From: Saprospiraceae bacterium
GTDB lineage: Bacteria > Bacteroidota > Bacteroidia > Flavobacteriales_C > GCA-002722245
Reading direction: 5' to 3'
NCBI GenBank assembly: GCA_047631875.1
Contig: JBLIAZ010000003.1
Coordinates: 1 to 32,564, forward strand
DNA length: 32,564 bases
Shown: positions 26,927 to 32,564 of the stretch, piece after piece
Position numbering within the stretch: the first letter of the stretch is position 1
How the letters are laid out: every line of letters starts with the position of its first letter
Translations under genes and position numbers: made by a program
Notes under the pieces: model-generated
Told to the model about the DNA's origin: nothing
The model's database searches: none
Seen by the model: only the letters and a program-made list of their open reading frames with translations

Positions 26927-27089
26927 TATACTCAAATCACACAGATTTTTAGGAGTTTTGACGAAGACTATTTTTCTTTTGTCAAGGCGAAAAACTCAAT
27001 CATAGCCATAGCTACGGTTTCGTTTTTCAACAAAGAGAAAAGGGAAATGGCCAAGTGAAAAAATCGACAAGCTGTGTGGTCTGAGTATA
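26927..27089. mobile_element. 163-bp ERIC-like palindromic MITE
   Basis: 18-bp TIRs TATACTCAAATCACACAG / CTGTGTGGTCTGAGTATA (16/18) with terminal TA. Nested internal inverted repeats, with CAAGGCG and CAACAAAG motifs. Confidence 0.75.
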
Positions 27090-27132
27090 TATTTCTATGT
27101 AAAATACCTTGTGTGATTATTGTCACATAAGT

Positions 27133-27163
27133 TTTGAAAGCTGCACTATACATCGTAAATTTG
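27133..27163 (+). promoter_or_regulatory. Sigma-A promoter TTTG-N19-TAAATTTG for cysQCDN
   Basis: -33 at 27133-27136 and -7 at 27156-27163. Confidence 0.7.
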
Positions 27164-27193
27164 CACCACGAATTTTGAATATTCTTGTAGTTT

Positions 27194-27973
27194 ATGATGC
27201 CAACAATCCAAAATATTTTACCGATTTTAAAAGCCGCTGGAAAGGTGATTTTGGATGTGTACAATAACGAAGAAATCCGAGTGGATTACAAAGAAGACGA
27301 AAGTCCGTTAACACAAGCTGATACAGCTGCAAATAATTTGATTGTCGCTTATTTAAAAGATAACTTTTCCTTTCCTATTGTTTCCGAAGAAGGGAAGCAA
27401 ATTCCTTATTCTGATAGAGCTGATTACAAAAGTTTTTGGTTGGTTGATCCTTTAGACGGCACAAAAGAATTCATTAACCGCAACGGTGAATTTACTGTGA
27501 ACATAGCCTTGGTGACGGATGGAGTTCCTGTTTTTGGAGGGATTTACGTTCCTGTTCAAGACACTTATTATTTTGGGTCTGTGCAAGAGGGAGCGTTTAT
27601 GAAAAAAGGAGACGGTGAGTTAAAGCCAATGAAAGTGAATGATACAGCCGATTGGATTGCAGTGGGAAGTAAATCTCATGCAAAACAAGAAGAGTCTAAT
27701 TTTTATGAAAGTATTGGCGTATCAAAAGCTATTTCAGTGGGGAGTTCATTAAAGTTTTGCATGATAGCTTCTGGGCAAGCAAATGTTTATTACAGGAGCG
27801 GGCCAACCATGGAGTGGGATATTGCTGCTGGACATGCTATAGTGAATGCTGCTGGAGGGGGGGTGTACAAGGATTTGGAGGGGAAAGAAATTTTTACTTA
27901 CAATAAAAAAAACCTATTGAATGGGCCATTTTTATGTGCCAGTAACTTGAAATTTGTACAACCAACCGCATAA
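27194..27973 (+). CDS. cysQ: 3'(2'),5'-bisphosphate nucleotidase
   Basis: SPLTQAD, SEEG, WLVDPLDGTKEF, GSSLKFC and EWDIAAG. Confidence 0.95.
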   Translation: MMPTIQNILPILKAAGKVILDVYNNEEIRVDYKEDESPLTQADTAANNLIVAYLKDNFSFPIVSEEGKQIPYSDRADYKSFWLVDPLDGTKEFINRNGEFTVNIALVTDGVPVFGGIYVPVQDTYYFGSVQEGAFMKKGDGELKPMKVNDTADWIAVGSKSHAKQEESNFYESIGVSKAISVGSSLKFCMIASGQANVYYRSGPTMEWDIAAGHAIVNAAGGGVYKDLEGKEIFTYNKKNLLNGPFLCASNLKFVQPTA

Positions 27974-28570
27974 ATGAGCAACAACATATTTTCCATAAAA
28001 GACACCTTGCTTCAAAAAGCCGACAAAGAGAAAATGTTGGGGCACAAAGGTGTGGTATTATGGATGTGTGGTTTGTCCGGCTCAGGAAAAAGCACTTTGG
28101 CACGGGCACTTGAAAATGCTTTGTACGAAAAAGGTATTCAAACTAAATTGTTGGACGGTGACAACCTGAGGTCTGGGATTAATAGTAATTTAAGTTTCAC
28201 CAACCAAGACAGGATTGAAAATATACGAAGAGCAGCTGAAATTGCTAAACTTTTTGTGGAAAATGGGGAGGTGGTAATTTGCTCCTTCATAAGTCCTACA
28301 ACTGAAATTAGAACACAAGCAAAAACAATCATTGGTGAGCGTGATTTCCGAGAGGTGTACATCAATGCTTCTTTTGAAGTTTGTGCTCAACGTGATGTAA
28401 AAGGTTTGTATAAAAAAGCAATGGCTGGTGAAATTAAAAACTTCACAGGATTGGACGCTCCGTTTGAAGCACCTCAATCACCATTTTTGGAATTGAATAC
28501 GGACGAGTTAAGTTTTGAGGCTTGTCAAACAGAATTATTGAATAAAGTATTAAAAGAAATAGCATTATAG
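27974..28570 (+). CDS. cysC: Adenylyl-sulfate kinase
   Basis: GLSGSGKST, LDGDNLR, RDVKGLY and FTGLDAPFE. Confidence 0.96.
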   Translation: MSNNIFSIKDTLLQKADKEKMLGHKGVVLWMCGLSGSGKSTLARALENALYEKGIQTKLLDGDNLRSGINSNLSFTNQDRIENIRRAAEIAKLFVENGEVVICSFISPTTEIRTQAKTIIGERDFREVYINASFEVCAQRDVKGLYKKAMAGEIKNFTGLDAPFEAPQSPFLELNTDELSFEACQTELLNKVLKEIAL

Positions 28571-28571
28571 C

Positions 28572-29477
28572 ATGGCTGAACATAAATTAAATCATTTGGC
28601 ACAACTGGAATCTGAAGCAATTCATATTTTCAGAGAAGTGGCAGAGCAAATGGAAAACCCAGTGTTGTTGTTTTCGGGAGGAAAGGATTCTATTACCATG
28701 GTTCACTTGGCTTATAAAGCTTTTTGGCCAGCAAAAATTCCTTTTAAATTGTTGCACATTGACACAGGGCATAATTTTCCGGAGGCATTAGATTTCCGTG
28801 ATAACTTAGTAAAACTATACGGAGTTCATCTTGATGTAGGCTTGGTTCAAGACTCCATTGACAAAGGCACAGCAAGGGAGGAAAAGGGGTTGAACCCTTC
28901 GAGGAATGCTTTGCAGTCCATCACATTATTAGAGAAACTAGAGGAAGGTCAGTACGACGCAGCTTTTGGAGGAGGAAGAAGAGACGAGGAGAAAGCAAGA
29001 GCCAAAGAACGTTTTTTCTCACACAGGGATGAGTTTGGACAATGGGATCCGAAAAATCAACGTCCAGAACTATGGAATTTGTACAATGGTAAAAAAGCCA
29101 TGGGTGAGTCGTTCAGAGTATTTCCAATTTCTAATTGGACGGAAATGGACGTATGGCAATACATAAAGCAGGAAAACATAGCGTTGCCAAGTATCTATTT
29201 TTCGCACATGCGTAATGTGGTAAAACGCAACGGTACTTTGATTTCGGAATCACCTTTCAATACCTTAATTGGTGAGGAGGTGTACGAAGAAATGCAAATA
29301 AGATACAGGACCTTAGGTTGCATGACCATTACTGGTGCTATTTTGTCGGATGCTGATGACTTAGACAAGGTAATTGAAGAAGTGGCAGCTGCACGTGAAA
29401 CAGAAAGAGGAAACAGGGCAGACGACAAACGTTCTGAAGCTGCAATGGAGGATAGGAAAAAACAAGGGTATTTTTAA
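28572..29477 (+). CDS. cysD: Sulfate adenylyltransferase subunit 2
   Basis: SGGKDS, GRRDEEKARAKER, WDPKNQRPELW and C-terminal KKQGYF. Confidence 0.97.
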   Translation: MAEHKLNHLAQLESEAIHIFREVAEQMENPVLLFSGGKDSITMVHLAYKAFWPAKIPFKLLHIDTGHNFPEALDFRDNLVKLYGVHLDVGLVQDSIDKGTAREEKGLNPSRNALQSITLLEKLEEGQYDAAFGGGRRDEEKARAKERFFSHRDEFGQWDPKNQRPELWNLYNGKKAMGESFRVFPISNWTEMDVWQYIKQENIALPSIYFSHMRNVVKRNGTLISESPFNTLIGEEVYEEMQIRYRTLGCMTITGAILSDADDLDKVIEEVAAARETERGNRADDKRSEAAMEDRKKQGYF

Positions 29478-29566
29478 TTGAGTACATACGTTATCAGCAA
29501 TTAAGACATTATACATGACAGCAACTGAATAAAGATCGGTGTTGTTGAAATGAAAAATTACAGAGG

Positions 29567-30838
29567 ATGAAAATTGATACTAAAGGATATTTAGACATGG
29601 ACTTGCTTAGGTTCTCAACGGCAGGAAGTGTAGATGACGGGAAAAGCACCTTAATTGGTAGGTTGATGTACGATTCAAAAGCTATTTTCGAAGACCAATT
29701 AGAAGCGATCAAAGCCTCAAGTCAAAAACGTGGAGACGAACAAGTAAACCTTGCTTTGTTAACCGATGGATTGAAAGCTGAACGAGAACAAGGAATTACC
29801 ATTGATGTGGCATACCGGTATTTTGCTACTCCAAAACGAAAATTCATCATTGCTGACACACCAGGCCATATCCAGTACACAAGGAACATGGTTACTGGAG
29901 CTTCTACTTCTAATTTAAGTATCATTCTGGTTGATGCAAGACATGGTGTAATTGAACAAACAAAACGTCATACTTACATTGCGTCTTTGCTTAACATCAA
30001 GCATGTCATTGTTTGTGTAAACAAAATGGATTTGGTCGATTTTGATCAAGTTGCTTTTGAAAACATAAAAACAGATTACCTCGAGTTTGCAAAGAGCTTA
30101 AATATTCAAGATGTAAAATTCATCCCTATTTCAGCCTTGTTAGGTGACAATGTAGTGGATCAATCAAATAAAATGTCTTGGTATAATGGTATGCCACTTC
30201 TTGAAACATTAGAAAATGTGCAAATTGTACAAGATCGTAATTTCGCTGACGCTAGGTTTCCTGTACAAAGAGTAATCAGACCCCAATCAGAGAAATACAG
30301 AGATTTTAGAGGGTTTGCTGGTAAAGTGGAGGGAGGAGTGTTTAAGGTTGGAGAAAAAATTATTTCCCTACCATCTGGCTTTGAGTCTACGATCAAAGAA
30401 ATTTACAATGGGGATCAATTGATCGGCGAGGCATTTCCTCCAATGTCGGTAACCATTACCTTAAACGATGAAATTGACGCTTCAAGGGGTGATGTATTGG
30501 CGAAGCCTGATAACCAGCCTGAATGTACGCAAGAGTTAGATGTAATGATCTGCTGGATGAACAGCTCAAAGTTAAAGCTAGGAGCAAAATACATTTTAAG
30601 GAATACTTCAAACGAAGTGTTAGGGATTGTCAAGGAAGTAGTTTATAAAGTGAACATCAACAACCTTGAGCCTCTTGAGGGGGATAAAGAAATTGGCATG
30701 AACGACATTGGTCGTATTAAAATAAAAACCTCAAAATCTGTCATGGTGGATGGTTACAAAAAGAACAGAGGTACAGGAAGTCTAATATTGGTAGACAGTT
30801 TTAGTTTTGAAACCGTCGGAGCTGGGATGATACTTTAG
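29567..30838 (+). CDS. cysN: Sulfate adenylyltransferase subunit 1 (no fused CysC)
   Basis: GSVDDGKST, EREQGITIDVAYRYF, DTPGH, NKMD and TVGAGMI. Confidence 0.96.
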   Translation: MKIDTKGYLDMDLLRFSTAGSVDDGKSTLIGRLMYDSKAIFEDQLEAIKASSQKRGDEQVNLALLTDGLKAEREQGITIDVAYRYFATPKRKFIIADTPGHIQYTRNMVTGASTSNLSIILVDARHGVIEQTKRHTYIASLLNIKHVIVCVNKMDLVDFDQVAFENIKTDYLEFAKSLNIQDVKFIPISALLGDNVVDQSNKMSWYNGMPLLETLENVQIVQDRNFADARFPVQRVIRPQSEKYRDFRGFAGKVEGGVFKVGEKIISLPSGFESTIKEIYNGDQLIGEAFPPMSVTITLNDEIDASRGDVLAKPDNQPECTQELDVMICWMNSSKLKLGAKYILRNTSNEVLGIVKEVVYKVNINNLEPLEGDKEIGMNDIGRIKIKTSKSVMVDGYKKNRGTGSLILVDSFSFETVGAGMIL

Positions 30839-30857
30839 GTTAAAAGTTCGAGTTTAA

Positions 30858-32084
30858 TTAACTGTTTAGTTTTGCGGCAACGAAAGCTGTACTCCAGGCA
30901 GCTTGGAAGTTAAACCCACCAGTGACCCCATCAATGTTCAGTACTTCCCCAGTAAAGTACAATCCAGGACATGAATTGCTTTCCATGGTTTTCATGTTGA
31001 CATCGGCTAAGGAAACTCCACCACAGGTTACAAATTCTTCCTTAAAAGTAGTTTTCCCTCGGACATCATAAATGTCATTGAATAGTACGTTGACCAGCTT
31101 GTTTAGCCCTTTTTTGGGGCATTCAGCCCAAATAATTGTTTCGTCAACTCCTGCCTTTTGTAGCAAATAACTCCACAACCTCGCTGTGATTTCTTCAAAT
31201 GGATTTGCATTGGCAATTTTCTTTTTATGTTGTTGAACTTTAGTTTTTTGTAAACTCTCCCTCACTAAATCTTCGTTTTCAAAGCCATTCCAATTTACCG
31301 AAATAATGTATTCGTAGTTCATTTCACTCAAGACCCTCGCTCCCCAAGCAGACGTTTTTAATACTGCGGGACCACTCATGCCCCAGTGAGTGAAGAGCAG
31401 TGGTCCTTGTTGTTGGATTTTTGTACCCTGCACTTTCACTTTTGCATTGGGAGCAACAAGTCCCATGAGCTCAGCCGTGTTTTCATTAGGCATGTTGAAA
31501 GTAAACAGAGAGGGAACAGGTTTTATTATTTCATGTCCTAAGTCTTTTAACCAATCGAATCCTCCCAATTTTGGACTACCACCGCTTGCCACAATTACTT
31601 TATCGTATAGGTACTCGATGTTGTCACTTGTAACAATGAATTGGTCACCGTGAACAGTTAATGAATTAACGTTGAAGCCAAGCTTGACTTTAATGTCTAA
31701 TTTATCAATTTCGTCATGAAAGCAATTGATGATGGTATGAGACTTGTCCGTTATGGGAAACATCCTGTTGTCCGCTTCTGTTTTTAAAGCAACACCTCTT
31801 TCTTTAAACCATTCAATCGTGTGCGACGGATTAAACTGATAAAATACTTTTTTTAGCTTTTTACCACCTCGTGGATAAAATTTCAACAAAGCCCCAATGT
31901 CCATGCAGTTGTGGGTCACATTGCATCTTCCTCCACCTGACACCTTTACTTTGGATAATGTTTTTTGAGATTTTTCCAAGATGTCAACATCATGTGTAGG
32001 ATAGTTTGTTTTACAATTTATCGCTGCAAAAAATCCAGCTGCACCTCCACCAATGATTGCTACTTTTTTATTTGAAGAAGACAT
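30858..32084 (-). CDS. HI0933/YhiN (BaiN/RdsA) family FAD-dependent oxidoreductase
   Basis: IIGGGAAG, SGGGRCNVT, LFTHWGMSGP, VTCGGV and GGFNFQAAW. Confidence 0.92.
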   Translation of the reverse strand: MSSSNKKVAIIGGGAAGFFAAINCKTNYPTHDVDILEKSQKTLSKVKVSGGGRCNVTHNCMDIGALLKFYPRGGKKLKKVFYQFNPSHTIEWFKERGVALKTEADNRMFPITDKSHTIINCFHDEIDKLDIKVKLGFNVNSLTVHGDQFIVTSDNIEYLYDKVIVASGGSPKLGGFDWLKDLGHEIIKPVPSLFTFNMPNENTAELMGLVAPNAKVKVQGTKIQQQGPLLFTHWGMSGPAVLKTSAWGARVLSEMNYEYIISVNWNGFENEDLVRESLQKTKVQQHKKKIANANPFEEITARLWSYLLQKAGVDETIIWAECPKKGLNKLVNVLFNDIYDVRGKTTFKEEFVTCGGVSLADVNMKTMESNSCPGLYFTGEVLNIDGVTGGFNFQAAWSTAFVAAKLNS

Positions 32085-32124
32085 GCGTTAATGTGTTAGG
32101 TTATGCTGTTGTTTTGAAATAATG

Positions 32125-32564
32125 TTAAGCAGGAATTTCAAACTTCCTGAAATTAAACTGGTTTGACGTTAAAAAATTAACCTCACCAATGTTATTGCTA
32201 AAAAGACTTCCTGTGCCAAGTCCTTGTGGCATTTTATTACCTGTTGCAAAAGTAAATTGTGCAATGGCATTTAAGCCTACATTGCTTTCAAGTGCAGAGG
32301 TGATCCACCAGCCCACACCATAGGCTTTGGCAATGTTTATCCAACCCTCCGTGCTTTTGAACCCGCCGACTAGGCTTGGTTTTAAAATGAGGTATTGCGG
32401 TTTAATCGTTTGAATCAGTTTTTGCTTTTTGGCCCAGCCTACAATTCCAATTAATTCCTCGTCTAAAGCGATTGGAATAGGGGAGTTAGCACAAATTGAT
32501 TTCATAGCTTTCCACTTTCCTGCTTTGATAGGCTGTTCAATAGAGTGAATATCAAACTCACTAA
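32125..32564 (-). CDS. menC: o-Succinylbenzoate synthase, enolase superfamily (5'-partial)
   Basis: The frame is open to the window edge and reads ...IHSIEQPIKAG...IALDEEL...ILKPSLVGG...WWITSALES...QGLGTG. Confidence 0.88.
   Translation of the reverse strand, partial: SEFDIHSIEQPIKAGKWKAMKSICANSPIPIALDEELIGIVGWAKKQKLIQTIKPQYLILKPSLVGGFKSTEGWINIAKAYGVGWWITSALESNVGLNAIAQFTFATGNKMPQGLGTGSLFSNNIGEVNFLTSNQFNFRKFEIPA

Noticed and set aside
26968-27264. 98-aa minus-strand ORF
   Set aside because: It runs antisense across the cysQ start, its promoter and the MITE. The region is better explained by those elements.
9006-27863. G7 tracts in uvrA (9006-9012), prc (22251-22257) and cysQ (27857-27863) as phase-variation sites
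   Set aside because: They are short, in frame and encode Gly-Gly runs in housekeeping genes.
29519-29548. Weak hairpin between cysD and cysN
   Set aside because: Short imperfect stem with no U-tract, so it cannot be supported as a feature.
1359-31653. Many 60-120 aa ORFs antisense to, or out of frame within, the real genes
   Set aside because: They are shadows of well-supported CDSs and have no recognisable motifs.
1-32564. CRISPR arrays, tRNA/rRNA, transposases, prophage or defence genes
   Set aside because: No regularly spaced repeats, cloverleaf signatures or corresponding protein motifs were seen.

Overview
This is an AT-rich chromosomal window from a gliding Bacteroidota bacterium, probably Flavobacteriales-like. 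The assignment rests on gldE-gldD, a T9SS C-terminal sorting domain and TAnnTTTG -7 promoter motifs. Most genes are core or housekeeping: cbs, a WYL regulator, an ECF sigma factor, uvrA, mnmA, an AI-2E transporter, recX, rng/rne, hup, mutY, ssb, gldE, gldD, a BadF-type kinase, an S41 protease, topB, a CapD-like dehydratase, cysQ-cysC-cysD-cysN, an HI0933 flavoprotein and a partial menC. I saw no CRISPR array, tRNA, rRNA, transposase or prophage gene. The best signals are ones the ORF track misses. (1) A 33-bp inverted repeat pairs the promoter of an orphan T9SS cargo gene against its own start codon. (2) A 163-bp ERIC-like, TA-flanked MITE lies between capD and cysQ. (3) An unannotated 30-aa basic ORF (bS22/AURKAIP1-COX24-like) is followed by a 22-bp hairpin without a U-tract and a rod-like structured rng leader. 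(4) A 490-nt repeat-rich and structured intergenic region precedes a surface DM13-lipoprotein/beta-barrel pair. (5) A stand-alone SecDF-P1-head-like lipoprotein is coupled to cbs. All family assignments come from recognising motifs by eye, not from database searches, and no complete novel multi-gene system is demonstrated.
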